This document shows, piece by piece, positions 23,295 through 33,693 of a stretch of DNA of 64,000 bases. Origin of the DNA: an uncultured Planctomycetaceae bacterium (GTDB lineage Bacteria; Planctomycetota; Planctomycetia; Planctomycetales; Planctomycetaceae); NCBI GenBank assembly GCA_963813715.1, contig CAWFAK010000007.1, positions 736,001-800,000 on the forward strand, in the 5' to 3' direction. Each line of letters begins with the position of its first letter. Within the stretch, counting starts at the first letter, position 1. The notes under the pieces are model-generated. The model had not been told where the DNA came from and did no database searches. It was given only the letters and a program-made list of their open reading frames with translations. The position numbers and the translations under genes were made by a program.

Positions 23295-23455
23295 CCGGCC
23301 TTGCTGGTCGTTGCGGAGCCAGGTGGCCAACTCGATCAGTTTTACCGGAACGCCGTTTGCTTGCCCATCCTCCCTTGTCACCGCAGGGGTCCAGCGGTCA
23401 GACTGGTAACTCAACCTCGGGTTCGTCGGCTACGGTCAGCAACAGGGAGTCATCG

Positions 23456-24583
23456 ATGCCTACACGACGGTCCGCTCTACGGCTCTTCCTCTTCTCTGCG
23501 TCGGTGTTCACTGCGTCGCTGTTCGCTGACCCATCCGGGAGCCTCGGGACGCCGGCGTCCGCCGCCGATCATCCGGTAATTACCAGCCTCGACGACGTCG
23601 ACGCCGACTACGCCTTCCAGGGCGAGTACTACGGAACGCTGGCCCGGACGGGGGGAGGCCCGTGGGAAACGATCGGGCTGCAAGTCGCCGCCCGCGGAGC
23701 CGGCGAGTACATCGCCACCTATTATCCCGGCGGCCTGCCGGGCCTCGGCTGGCTCGGCGAGCCGCCCATGCACCTCCGCGGACGCCGCGAACCGGATCGC
23801 CTGCAGCTGTTCGGTGGCAATCTTGGGTTCATCGTCTCGGACAACATGGCCTGGCGGATCGACGAGAATCAGGAAATTCACAGCTGGGTCAACAAGGTCA
23901 ACCGCATCAGCCCCACGCTGGGCCAGTCCCCACCGCTCGGCGCCGTGGTACTCTTCGATGGCCGGGCGTCCGATTCGCTCGACAACGCTCAGCTGACCGC
24001 CGACCGTCTGCTGAAGGAAGGCGCTTCGGCCCGCGAGACTTACCAGGACTACTTCCTGCACGTCGAATTCCAGTGCTCATACATGCCGGACGACCGAGGC
24101 CAGGCCCGTTCCAACAGCGGCGTTTACCTGCAATCGCGCTACGAGATCCAGATTCTCGACTCGTTCGCTCTCGCGGGCCTGTCGAATGAGTGCGGCGGCA
24201 TTTACAAGTTCCGGCGGCCTGACGTGAATATGTGCCTGCCACCGCTCATCTGGCAGACCTACGACATCGACTTCCGCGACGCCCGTTTCGACGTGGCCGG
24301 TATGAAGACCGAAGATGCGATGGTCAACGTCTGGCAGAACGGCTATCCGATCCACGAACAGATCGCCATTCCGCACCCGACCGGCCATGGCAAGCCGGAA
24401 TCGCCCAACCTGCTGCCGATTGTCTTCCAGCAGCACGGGAATCCGGTCCGCTTCCGCAACATCTGGCTGGTGGTCAACACCAAGGACACCCCGCACTACA
24501 TTCCGCAGTTACCCCTCAAGGTCTACCAATTCCCGGGTGACTCTTACGGCACTGTTTGGCTGCACGTTCCCCACGCGCATTAA
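23456..24583 (+). CDS. DUF1080 domain protein, exported
   Basis: QGEY N-terminal domain, NSGVYLQSRYEIQILDS, WQTYDIDF, QHGNPVRFRNIW. Confidence 0.8.
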   Translation: MPTRRSALRLFLFSASVFTASLFADPSGSLGTPASAADHPVITSLDDVDADYAFQGEYYGTLARTGGGPWETIGLQVAARGAGEYIATYYPGGLPGLGWLGEPPMHLRGRREPDRLQLFGGNLGFIVSDNMAWRIDENQEIHSWVNKVNRISPTLGQSPPLGAVVLFDGRASDSLDNAQLTADRLLKEGASARETYQDYFLHVEFQCSYMPDDRGQARSNSGVYLQSRYEIQILDSFALAGLSNECGGIYKFRRPDVNMCLPPLIWQTYDIDFRDARFDVAGMKTEDAMVNVWQNGYPIHEQIAIPHPTGHGKPESPNLLPIVFQQHGNPVRFRNIWLVVNTKDTPHYIPQLPLKVYQFPGDSYGTVWLHVPHAH

Positions 24584-24613
24584 CGGACGGGCGGCCACTT
24601 AGCTCTGAAATAA

Positions 24614-24665
24614 CGGGTCCGGACGCGTCCTCAATCTGTGAAAGCGTCCGGACCCGACTCTTTTT
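24614..24665 (+). terminator. 13-bp inverted repeat plus T-run (terminator / REP-like)
   Basis: cgggtccggacgc (24614-24626) and gcgtccggacccg (24644-24656), followed by actcttttt. Confidence 0.65.
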
Positions 24666-24775
24666 CTGCGAGCCGCTGGACAGTCCGTTCCACCCGGCGG
24701 CACGCCGATTGCTTTAGCTGACAGCCGACGGCATTAAAATCATGCCCGCTTGCCCACGCACCCACGCCGCCGACA

Positions 24776-25711
24776 GTGGCGAAGTCTTCTGGAGCGCGCG
24801 GCAGGCTCGCCCACCACGCAATCCGGCAGACTTCATTCGTGAAAAATCAAACCAAGGCGAAAGCCAAGCCAGCGAAGGCGTCCGCGAAGGCCGCCACGCG
24901 GCTCCCCTCCGAAAAAACGGCGCGACGCAACGGAGTGGCTGAGTCGAAACAGGGACTCGATCAGGCCCGTGACGGAGCGCCTCATCGCATCCTGGTGATC
25001 GACATCGGCGGCACCAAGGTCAAGGTGCTGGCCTCGGGCGAAACCGAGGTTCGCAAGACCGAATCGGGCCCGACGTTCTCGCCGAGCAAACTGGTGGAGA
25101 CAGCCAAGGAACTGGCCAAGGGCTGGAAGTATGACGCCATCTCACTCGGGTATCCGGGGCGGGTGGGTCCCGCCGGCCCGAGCTCGGAGGCGGGCAATCT
25201 CGCGCCCGGCTGGGTCGGTTTCGATTTCGCGGCCGCCTTTCAAATGCCGGTCCGCGTCCTGAACGACGCGGCCATGCAGGCCCTCGGCAGCTACGAAGGG
25301 GGCCGCATGCTGTTCCTCGGTCTCGGGACGGGGCTCGGATCAACGCTCATTTCGCAGAACGCCATCGTGCCGCTGGAACTGGGCGGCCTGCGCTATTCCC
25401 GGACTCAAACACTCGGCCAGATGCTGGGGCGCGATGGACTCAAGCGGATCGGGAAGAAGGCGTGGCGCGCAGCGGTCGCGGCTATCGTCCACGAATTCCT
25501 GGCCGCCTTCGAGGTCGAATACGTCGTGTTAGGGGGCGGGAATTCCAAGGAAGTCAAGGACCTGCCGGCAGGGGCCCGCATCGGGCACAACCAGACGGCC
25601 TTTCGCGGCGGCTTTCGCCTCTGGAATTTGGAGGACGTGAAGACCCTGTCGCCCGGCGAGATTCCCGATTGCCCCGGACCGCCCTCCCCGGCCGATTGGC
25701 GAATCCTTTAA
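24776..25711 (+). CDS. ROK-family kinase, polyphosphate glucokinase-like
   Basis: IDIGGTKVK, NDAAMQALG, FLGLGTGLGS, VVLGGGN. The start is uncertain (Lys/Ala-rich N-terminal extension). Confidence 0.8.
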   Translation: MAKSSGARGRLAHHAIRQTSFVKNQTKAKAKPAKASAKAATRLPSEKTARRNGVAESKQGLDQARDGAPHRILVIDIGGTKVKVLASGETEVRKTESGPTFSPSKLVETAKELAKGWKYDAISLGYPGRVGPAGPSSEAGNLAPGWVGFDFAAAFQMPVRVLNDAAMQALGSYEGGRMLFLGLGTGLGSTLISQNAIVPLELGGLRYSRTQTLGQMLGRDGLKRIGKKAWRAAVAAIVHEFLAAFEVEYVVLGGGNSKEVKDLPAGARIGHNQTAFRGGFRLWNLEDVKTLSPGEIPDCPGPPSPADWRIL

Positions 25712-25759
25712 TCTCTCGGAACTGGATCGGGACTGTGCCTGGCCGCGGTCGTTTAGTCC

Positions 25760-26446
25760 TCACTTGGCCAGCTCAAACGTGCTCTCCTTGGCGAGCAGAC
25801 GATCGATAACCTCGACGACACCCCGGCTGGCCGGCTGCTCGGTGACGAACGCGGCCGCTTCCTGCAGCAAGGGCACTGCGTTGCTCACGGCGATTCCCAG
25901 CCCCGCAGTCGACAAGAGCGAATGGTCGTTCTCGCCGTCGCCGATCGCGACAACTTCCGATGGCGGGATCATCATCCGCTCAAGCACCGTCGTCAGGCCG
26001 GTCCCCTTGTTGACGGCCGAGGGGAGCACCATCACGGCCCCCTTGTTGAAAATCACCTGCAACTCCAAGCCCAGGTCGCGGATCGTTTGCAGGACGATGT
26101 GCTCATTCGGCTGAACGGTCGCCACGATCGTTCGTCCGACGGAGAGCGGCGTCACGCCCCGTTCCCTGAGCAGCGCCACAAAAGCATCGGGTGGCGGCGG
26201 CGCGAGCGCTTCTTCGACCTTCGTTGCCGGGCGATAGAGGGTCGCGCCGTTTTCCGTCACCACGTACTCGAAGAGCGATAGATCACTAAACGTCTGTTGA
26301 ATGTCGATCAGCTCGCGGCCCGTCACCAGGATCAGCTGGCGACCCGAAGCACGCAACTGACGCAACGCCTGTGCCGTGCGTGCATCGACTTTTCCGTCGT
26401 CGGCAAGAGTGCCATCGTAGTCGCTGGCGAGAACGCGATATCGCAT
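25760..26446 (-). CDS. HAD-IIB (Cof-type) hydrolase
   Basis: DYDGTL, VTGR, ENGA, NKG, GDGEND. Confidence 0.88.
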   Translation of the reverse strand: MRYRVLASDYDGTLADDGKVDARTAQALRQLRASGRQLILVTGRELIDIQQTFSDLSLFEYVVTENGATLYRPATKVEEALAPPPPDAFVALLRERGVTPLSVGRTIVATVQPNEHIVLQTIRDLGLELQVIFNKGAVMVLPSAVNKGTGLTTVLERMMIPPSEVVAIGDGENDHSLLSTAGLGIAVSNAVPLLQEAAAFVTEQPASRGVVEVIDRLLAKESTFELAK

Positions 26447-26704
26447 CCTTATCCCGCGAATTGGCCCGTGGGTGTTCGTTCTGATCCAATTCTTGGTTAC
26501 TGATCCAATTGTCGGTGACGCGTAGATGCAATTGCCGGACCAAAAGTGGCCCCTCGAACATGGGCTTATGACCATTTTCTGCCCAAGCGCGCATTCTCCC
26601 CCGGTTCATTCTGCCCAAGCTCAGAACGAGAGCCGCATGGCCACACAGCCTTTCCGATGCCGGCTAGCCTCAGGTAGAAGAGATTCGCGAGGTCTAAAAG
26701 TGTC

Positions 26705-27355
26705 ATGAGCAAACACGTGAGGCTTTCTCCGGAAGTGGCCGAGGTCGCGCTCGCCCATTTGAGCGCCGTCGATCCCGTCATGCGGCACTTGATCGCGTCG
26801 ATCGGACCGTTCGGCCTGAAGCCGTTGCGCAATCGCTTTCACACTCTCGTGCGTTCCATCGTCAGCCAACAGATCTCCACGAAGGCGGCCGACTCGATTC
26901 GCCGAAAGCTCGAAGCGACGGTCGAGCCCTACGGCGGCCTGACGCCGGAGGCAATCCTGAAACTGTCGACTGCGAAGATGCGTAAAGCGGGCCTCTCGCC
27001 CCAGAAGCAAACCTATCTGCGCGATCTGGCCGAACGGGTCCATCAGCGGCAAGTGCGCTTGGATCGTCTGCATCGCCTGCCCGACGAGGAAGTGATCGCC
27101 GAGCTGATTCAAGTGAAGGGCATCGGGCGCTGGACCGCGCAGATGTTCTTGATCTTTACCCTGGCGCGGGCCGACGTGTTTCCGCACGACGATTTGGGTG
27201 TGCGCGCGGCCATCAAGCGTTTCTATCGCCTCGAAGAGCTGCCCGACAAAGAGACCGCGCACCGCATCGCCGAGTCGTGGCGGCCGTATGCCACCGTCGC
27301 CAGCTGGTATTGCTGGCGGAGCCTTGCGCTGCCGGCAGAGTCTGTCGCGCCCTAG
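26705..27355 (+). CDS. alkA: DNA-3-methyladenine glycosylase II (HhH-GPD)
   Basis: SIVSQQIS, VKGIGRWTAQM, DVFPHDDLG, WRPYATVA. Confidence 0.85.
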   Translation: MSKHVRLSPEVAEVALAHLSAVDPVMRHLIASIGPFGLKPLRNRFHTLVRSIVSQQISTKAADSIRRKLEATVEPYGGLTPEAILKLSTAKMRKAGLSPQKQTYLRDLAERVHQRQVRLDRLHRLPDEEVIAELIQVKGIGRWTAQMFLIFTLARADVFPHDDLGVRAAIKRFYRLEELPDKETAHRIAESWRPYATVASWYCWRSLALPAESVAP

Positions 27356-27511
27356 CCTTTGGCCTCGATCAGCGGCTGACAGGAAATCACGGCAGAGCGC
27401 GCGGATTGGGTCAAGTTTGAGGACTCTGCAGACCGATAACGCGCCTGGGCCGCCCTCGCATTGCCGCACTGCGTTCGCGTGCGCGCAGTCTCTTCGCCCG
27501 GAGAAGCAAAA

Positions 27512-28303
27512 GTGAAATCGCTGCGGCTCTTGCTGGCGATCGTGCTGTTGGTCCTCGCGGGTGATTCGTTTGCCGGTGGCAACAAGCCACCGAAACCGGC
27601 GACCAAAGACAAGCCGGCAACGGAACCTCTGCCGAGCTTCGACCTGGTGACCAAGCAGGTGCAGCAAGTGCTGGCCCTCGACCCCGACTATCAAACGGGA
27701 GACCTGCTGACGGCGCCCAAGGTCGAGCGCGTGCTGAGCAAGCTCGAGAAGATCAACTGGAAGGTCGCCGACGCGCGCGAGATCGTGAAGCTCGTCCTCT
27801 CCGACAACGACTGGATGGCCGAGCGACTGTCGACTGCCGAAGGCCGCGATTTCATGCGGCACATCGCCCGCTTGCCCGGCGGATACGATCGGGTCGATCG
27901 CCTCCGCGACATGCCGAACGGTCAATCGAATGTCTCCGACTTCATCGACTCGCCCGGCGGCTACACGATGATCGAGTATATGACCACCACGCGCGGGGGC
28001 GAGAACCTGGGCGACCAATTGTCGGACGCCGTCAATGGGGCCGATTTCAACAAGCCGACCGGCCGCATCTACACCGAACGCGAGCTGCTGAAGCGATTGA
28101 AAATCAGCTACGACTTCGAAGTGGACCGCCGCAAGGGGCTGGAGCCCAAGCCGACGACGAAGCCGGGCAAACCCGAGTCCAAGACCAAATGGAAGTCGAA
28201 GGGCCCGTGGAAACCGAATCGCACAGCCCGCCCGCAACCCATGCCCGACGCCGAAGAGCCCATGGCTCCCACGGAATTTCAGGACGGCGTGCCCCAGTCG
28301 TAA
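27512..28303 (+). CDS. Exported hypothetical protein
   Basis: GGAG RBS, GTG start, signal peptide and typical codon usage. Confidence 0.65.
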   Translation: MKSLRLLLAIVLLVLAGDSFAGGNKPPKPATKDKPATEPLPSFDLVTKQVQQVLALDPDYQTGDLLTAPKVERVLSKLEKINWKVADAREIVKLVLSDNDWMAERLSTAEGRDFMRHIARLPGGYDRVDRLRDMPNGQSNVSDFIDSPGGYTMIEYMTTTRGGENLGDQLSDAVNGADFNKPTGRIYTERELLKRLKISYDFEVDRRKGLEPKPTTKPGKPESKTKWKSKGPWKPNRTARPQPMPDAEEPMAPTEFQDGVPQS

Positions 28304-28364
28304 GGCGGCTGTCTTGTCGTCAGGTTCTTGCCCGCTCCGGTCGGCTCTGATAGCGTAGACCCGG

Positions 28365-29405
28365 TTGTCGGCACGAAGCGCTCTGGTGAGACGACTCCTC
28401 TCTGCGGATTTCCGGCGATGCACAGAATCTCGGGCTGTCGCCCCGCTTATTGTCGTTGGTGTCGCAGTCTTCGCCGCCGGGGCTGCGTTTCTGTCGGCCG
28501 AACCGCCTTCAGCCGTATCCTTGGCCCAGAAAGACGCCGACGCGAAGCCCGCTGAGGCTAAACCGAGCAGTAGCAAGAAAGCGGCGATTGGCCGTGTGCA
28601 TCCGGGTGACAAAGACGCGCCCGTGCGTTTGCCCCGCTGGTGGAAGGCAAGCGAGCCGGTGCCAATCGTCAAATCGAATTGCGTCCGCTGCCATCTCACG
28701 GCCGGTCGCGAGTTGACGGCTCCGGCGCAGGACTTCGCCCGCAGTGTGCACGACCTGCACGGGATGACCTGTTCCGACTGTCACGGCGGCAATCGGGACA
28801 AGGATGAGTCGGCTCACGAACCAGAATTCGGCTTCATCGGCACCAAGCTCAGCGCCCACATGGCCGGTTGCGCCGAGTGCCACGACGAGCAAGCCGAGAC
28901 GGTGAAGTCGGGGCCGCACTATTGGGATTTCTCCAAGCAGGTGAATCTTAAGTACCCCGTCTGCAGCGACTGCCACGGTCATCACGACGTGGAAAAGCCG
29001 CCGGCCGAGTTTTCCCTCAAAACCGTCTGCCGCGAGTGCCATCTCAATTTCGAGCACGACATGCCCCACGCGGCCGCGGTAGTGATCGAGAACGACCGGC
29101 TGTGGGACGTGATCCGCAAAGTGCAGGAACGCAACGTCAAGAACGAAAAGCCGGTCCCCGATCAGTTCCACCAGGATCTGGAGGCGGCCCGCCACCTGAC
29201 GGCCGAGCTGATCCATCCGGCCCACAAGATCACGGAAAAGCAGGCCGCCGAGCTTAATGTTCACGTGCAGACGGTGCGCGGACGACTCGAACGGTGGCTG
29301 CTTGAAGACGCTGCTCATTCCACCACAAAGTCTCCGACAGCGCACGCTCCCGCTTCCAAAACAGCTCCCTCAACTCCAGCAGATCGGTCGAAAGATGCAC
29401 CCTAA
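28365..29405 (+). CDS. Pentaheme c-type cytochrome
   Basis: Five CxxCH motifs (CVRCH, CSDCH, CAECH, CSDCH, CRECH), an N-terminal signal/TM segment and a helical C-terminus. Confidence 0.85.
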   Translation: MSARSALVRRLLSADFRRCTESRAVAPLIVVGVAVFAAGAAFLSAEPPSAVSLAQKDADAKPAEAKPSSSKKAAIGRVHPGDKDAPVRLPRWWKASEPVPIVKSNCVRCHLTAGRELTAPAQDFARSVHDLHGMTCSDCHGGNRDKDESAHEPEFGFIGTKLSAHMAGCAECHDEQAETVKSGPHYWDFSKQVNLKYPVCSDCHGHHDVEKPPAEFSLKTVCRECHLNFEHDMPHAAAVVIENDRLWDVIRKVQERNVKNEKPVPDQFHQDLEAARHLTAELIHPAHKITEKQAAELNVHVQTVRGRLERWLLEDAAHSTTKSPTAHAPASKTAPSTPADRSKDAP

Positions 29406-30603
29406 CTGCCCACGGTTCGGACGTCGTGACTTTCTGGCAGCCGGTGGTGCCTTGGCACTGGGCGGGTTGGTGCCTGCGGGCGTGCACGCGGGCGAAAAGG
29501 CGGCTGTTGCGTCGACGCCCGCGCCGGCGGCGCCGATCGACCCCAAACACAAAGCGCTCGTCGGCATCGCCCGCGGCTCGAGCATCGAGGATTCGGTGAA
29601 GTCGGCCGTGGCGTTGGCCGGCGGTCTCGACTTCATCAAGCCGGGCCAAACCGTGCTGATCAAGCCGAACGTCACCGGGGCCGCCAAATTCCCGACGACG
29701 ACGAACCCGGAAGTTTTGTACGCGGTGATCAAGCTCGTCGCAGCGCGGGGACCGAAGCAGATCTACGTCTCCGACCGCAGCTTCTCGCCGGCCTTCAGTA
29801 CAGCCGCGCCGAAGACGATCGACGTGATGCGCTACGTGGGACACATCGCCGCTATCGAGCAGGCCAAGAAAGACGTCAAAGCTCCGGTGATGGCCCTGGG
29901 CCTGGAATCGGCAGCGGGCGAGCTGGAGCGTCTGGGACGTCCGAAGGGGACGCCAGTTTGGCGGAAAATCAACCCGGCCAACGCGAAGCACTGGCCCAAC
30001 GGCTTCGAGCAGGCTGAACTGCTTTTTGCGGTCGACCACGTGATCAACGTGCCGGTGATCAAAACGCATTTTCAGGCATGGTTCACCATGTCGATGAAGG
30101 CCTTTGTCGGCATGAGCCATCATCGCTCGCGCTTCGAGTTTCACCGGTCGCTGGCGGGCGATTTCAGTCTCTTCCACCAGAAGTCCCGCCGGCGCCGCCG
30201 CCGCGGCATCGTTCCCGACGTGGCGGCCGAAGACGCGGCCGTGGCTCCGTTCGTCAATCGCATCGCCGAGCTCAATCTGGGCCTCAAGCCGGCGCTCAAC
30301 ATCCTGGACGGCTCGAACTCGTTCGTGTTCGGCGGCCCCTCGCAGGGGGACACGGCCCAGCCGAAAGTCATCGTCGCCAGCACCGACCGCATCGCCGCCG
30401 ACGCGACGGGCATCGCCGTGCTTAAAAACATCGGCACGGAGCCGCGGCTGCAGAACCGGCCGATCTGGAGCAATCCGTTCCTGCGTCACGCCATCAAGAT
30501 CGGCCTGGGCGTCGGCTCGCCCGCGCAGATCGTGCTGAAAGACGCCGGCATCCCCGCGGCCGACATCGAGCGGATCCGCACGCTCTTGTTGCAGACTGCG
30601 TGA
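29395..30603 (+). CDS. TAT-exported DUF362 domain protein
   Basis: GRRDFL signal, VLIKPN..TTNPEV, INVPVIKTH, DRIAADA. Confidence 0.85.
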   Translation: MHPNCPRFGRRDFLAAGGALALGGLVPAGVHAGEKAAVASTPAPAAPIDPKHKALVGIARGSSIEDSVKSAVALAGGLDFIKPGQTVLIKPNVTGAAKFPTTTNPEVLYAVIKLVAARGPKQIYVSDRSFSPAFSTAAPKTIDVMRYVGHIAAIEQAKKDVKAPVMALGLESAAGELERLGRPKGTPVWRKINPANAKHWPNGFEQAELLFAVDHVINVPVIKTHFQAWFTMSMKAFVGMSHHRSRFEFHRSLAGDFSLFHQKSRRRRRRGIVPDVAAEDAAVAPFVNRIAELNLGLKPALNILDGSNSFVFGGPSQGDTAQPKVIVASTDRIAADATGIAVLKNIGTEPRLQNRPIWSNPFLRHAIKIGLGVGSPAQIVLKDAGIPAADIERIRTLLLQTA

Positions 30604-30800
30604 CGGACGCCACGAGCGAAGTTCGCAAGCTGCCCGTCAATCCTTCGTCGCCCAGGCGTCCGCGTAAGAAGCGCGGTAGGCCCGATAGACGGCAGGATAC
30701 TTTGCCTGTAGCGTCTGCAGCGTGATCGCATTCGCCATCCGCTCGCCCTTGATGCTGAAGATCGAGAAGGTTACCTCTCTCGCTCCGGCATAGTGCACCG

Positions 30801-31646
30801 TCAGGATCTCCTCGCGGCCTTTGAGCGAGACGATGGGCTGCGGGCTTGGCGTGGCGACGTGCTGCTCGACTTTTCCGACTTTTCTTCGCTCTTCGGACTC
30901 GAGCCGTCGTTCTTGCCGGCGCTCGGTTTCGCCGCGGTCCGCTCGCCGGTGAAGTCGATCGTCCCCTTGTTGTCCCCGAGTTCGAAGGCGAGGTTCCCCT
31001 TGAGCGAATTTCCTTCGAGCGTGGCCTTGTAAACTCCCTTGAATTTCTGGCCGTCGCGGTCGACCGCAATTTGCCAGCTCAGGTCGTTGCCCTGCAGCTT
31101 CAGTTCCTGGGCCGGCTGCTCGCCCAAGCGGCCGGTATACGTCCCCTTCAGCTTCTCCCCGTCGGCCGTTAGTTTCAGGGTCGACTCGATCGAATCGCCG
31201 TTAGCCTCGATCTTGAGTTTCCAGGTCCCCACAACGTCGTCCAGATCGACGCCCCGCTTCGCTGTCCACGGGAGCGGGACCGAGTTGTCCTCGACGATCA
31301 CGTCGATGTCGCCATTGATTTCGTCCTGGCTCAGCTTGCCGTGAAATTTGGCGTGAATCTTCTGGTCGTTGAATTTGCCGTCGGCCTCGAACGAGAGCTC
31401 CCCCTTCTCGAACTTGCCGTTGGAAATGGGGACCGTTTGTCCGCTGCGGCGGTAGGTGCCGGTGACCTTGCCGTCCTTGTTGACGAGCTTGAGCACGCTG
31501 CGGTTGCTTTCCCCCTCGAGCTCGCGCGACCAGACCCAGGTCCCCGTCGGATCGTTCTTGGCATCCGCCCCCCGGCTGTAACTGGCGGGCCCCCACGCCA
31601 GCACCAACGTCAACAACGACCAGGCCAAGCTTCGTCCGTGCATCAT
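30801..31646 (-). CDS. Exported protein with two tandem beta-barrel-like repeats
   Basis: AAGGAG RBS and signal peptide; repeats DPTGTW..LKL..GKVTGTY and DVVGTW..LKL..EKLKGTY. Confidence 0.7.
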   Translation of the reverse strand: MMHGRSLAWSLLTLVLAWGPASYSRGADAKNDPTGTWVWSRELEGESNRSVLKLVNKDGKVTGTYRRSGQTVPISNGKFEKGELSFEADGKFNDQKIHAKFHGKLSQDEINGDIDVIVEDNSVPLPWTAKRGVDLDDVVGTWKLKIEANGDSIESTLKLTADGEKLKGTYTGRLGEQPAQELKLQGNDLSWQIAVDRDGQKFKGVYKATLEGNSLKGNLAFELGDNKGTIDFTGERTAAKPSAGKNDGSSPKSEEKSEKSSSTSPRQARSPSSRSKAARRS

Positions 31647-31896
31647 CTCGCTCCTTTGAGTGGATTCGATTTCCCGAATCCGCGCGCCCGTTGCGTCGAA
31701 CGTGAAGTCGCCGCTTCCGAAAAAATCGTATCGCTTGGTTCCCGTCGGAAGCAAGGCGACTTGGCCATTAGCGTGACGTGTCGGGTGGCAAATTGAATCG
31801 TGTTCGCGCCTCTTGTAGGATCACGGCGTCGCGCGTTGCCTCGTGCTTTCGAGCCGCGTTTGTCAGATCGTCTCCGCTTGTCCGCAAGGTTACGCC

Positions 31897-32997
31897 ATGC
31901 GTTTGCTCGCCCAATCCTCGGATGCACGGGGCATCCGTCACCTACTGTCGGCAACGTTGGTCTGCGGCGTTGTCTCGCTCGGCCCCTTGACTGTGCGGGC
32001 GCAGGAAAAGTCCCCGCCCGAGCGGGTCTATTACAACCTGCTCAATCCGACCGGCGTGGCCATCCAGCCTGGCACCGACTACGTCTTCGTCTCTTCGCGA
32101 TACGGCATCTATCGCTACGACCCCAATTACAAACAGCCCGCCGAGCACAAAGCGGGGATTGAAATCGACAGTTACCCGAAGACGGTCGACCAATTCGGCA
32201 GCGGGCCGAAATTCGAGATCGGTCCCCTGGGCCTCGCGTTTCTGGATCGCACTCACCTCGTCGTGGGGGACGGCAGCCGCAAGAACGGGGAGGAGCTGGT
32301 GCGGGTCTACAACCTGCCCACACCCCCGCCGCCCCCCGACCGCTGGATCAAAGAGGACGGGGCCGAGTTCACGCTTGGACCGATCAAGGCGGGAACCAAG
32401 TCCTCGACAGGCGAGGGGGACTTCTTCGGCGTGGCCGTCGGTCACCACGCCATCTGGGTGACCTGCCACGGCGACGAGGCGAAGGGCTGGATCGCCAAGT
32501 GCGAAGTCACCGACGGCAAGCCCGGCCCGCTCACGCCGTCAATCGCCACGCGGCCGGCAACGCAGGTCGCCGGCCCTGGCCCGCTCACGTTTACGCCAGA
32601 CGGCAAGGAACTGGTCGTCGGGTTGACGGGAGACCTTAACTCCGAGGAACGGGACAGCGTGATCGCCTTCTTCGATCCGGCTGACGGGAGCCTCAAACGA
32701 AAACTGAAGGCCGGTCTCTACGACGTTACGGGCCTGGCCTACAGCCCCAAGACCAAAAAACTCTACGCCACGGACTTCGCCTGGAAAAAGCCGCGCGACG
32801 GGGGACTGTTCGAGCTGACGGTCGACGGCGACAAAATGAAGGCGACCCGCGTGGTCGCGCTCGATAAGCCGTGCGCCCTCGCCTTCGACCCCGCCGGGCA
32901 TCTTTACGTCACCGTGTTCGACGTTCATCTCGAGGGGGGTGAAAAAGCTCGATCCACCGATCCCGGCGCGCTGCTCTACATCAAGCCGGGCCTTTGA
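31897..32997 (+). CDS. Exported beta-propeller (NHL/SMP-30-like) protein
   Basis: NPTGVAI, GPLGLAF, TGLAYSP and PCALAFD blades. Confidence 0.7.
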   Translation: MRLLAQSSDARGIRHLLSATLVCGVVSLGPLTVRAQEKSPPERVYYNLLNPTGVAIQPGTDYVFVSSRYGIYRYDPNYKQPAEHKAGIEIDSYPKTVDQFGSGPKFEIGPLGLAFLDRTHLVVGDGSRKNGEELVRVYNLPTPPPPPDRWIKEDGAEFTLGPIKAGTKSSTGEGDFFGVAVGHHAIWVTCHGDEAKGWIAKCEVTDGKPGPLTPSIATRPATQVAGPGPLTFTPDGKELVVGLTGDLNSEERDSVIAFFDPADGSLKRKLKAGLYDVTGLAYSPKTKKLYATDFAWKKPRDGGLFELTVDGDKMKATRVVALDKPCALAFDPAGHLYVTVFDVHLEGGEKARSTDPGALLYIKPGL

Positions 32998-33093
32998 AGG
33001 CTGATGTTCGCCGCAGACCTGCTTTGAGAACATCGGCAGACGGGCCGACGATCCCGCCATCTGGTCCGCCTTCCGGGCGGGTGCTAGCATTGA

Positions 33094-33693
33094 TTGATGA
33101 TCTTCGTTCTGGATAACTACGACTCGTTCACCTACAACCTCGTCCAACGGCTGGGCGAGATTGACGCGGGTCTGGAAATCCGTGTCGCGCGCAACGATCA
33201 GATCACCGTCGAACAAATCGGGCAATTGCAGCCGGAGCGGATCATTATTTCGCCCGGGCCCTGCACGCCCAGCGAGGCGGGAATCTCCAAGCAGGTGATC
33301 GAAAGCTTCGGGCCACGGGTGCCCGTGCTCGGCGTTTGCCTGGGACATCAATGCATTGGCGAGACGTATCAGGGCCGAGTGCTGCGGGCCGATCGGCTAA
33401 TGCACGGCAAGGTCTCGAACATTCATCACGACGGGCGGGGACTGTTCGCGGGGTTGAAGAACCCGTTCTCCGCCACGCGTTATCACAGCCTGGCCATCCC
33501 GCTCGGCGCCGTGCCTGACGACCTCGAATTATGCGCGTGGACGGCCGACGACGATTTTCCCCGCGAAGTGATGGGCGTGCGGCACCGGCGGTTCCCCGTG
33601 CACGGCGTGCAGTTTCACCCGGAGAGCTTTCTTACGGACGGCGGCATCGACCTGTTGCGAAACTTCTTGCGATTGCGGGTCGACGGATGCTGA
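33094..33693 (+). CDS. trpG: Glutamine amidotransferase, anthranilate/aminodeoxychorismate synthase component II
   Basis: DNYDSFTYNL, SPGPC, GVCLGHQ, RYHSL, QFHPES. Cannot separate trpG from pabA on sequence alone. Confidence 0.9.
   Translation: MMIFVLDNYDSFTYNLVQRLGEIDAGLEIRVARNDQITVEQIGQLQPERIIISPGPCTPSEAGISKQVIESFGPRVPVLGVCLGHQCIGETYQGRVLRADRLMHGKVSNIHHDGRGLFAGLKNPFSATRYHSLAIPLGAVPDDLELCAWTADDDFPREVMGVRHRRFPVHGVQFHPESFLTDGGIDLLRNFLRLRVDGC

Noticed and set aside
26621..28699. 692-aa minus-strand ORF
   Set aside because: Antisense to alkA, the exported protein and the cytochrome, which carry recognisable motifs or signals.
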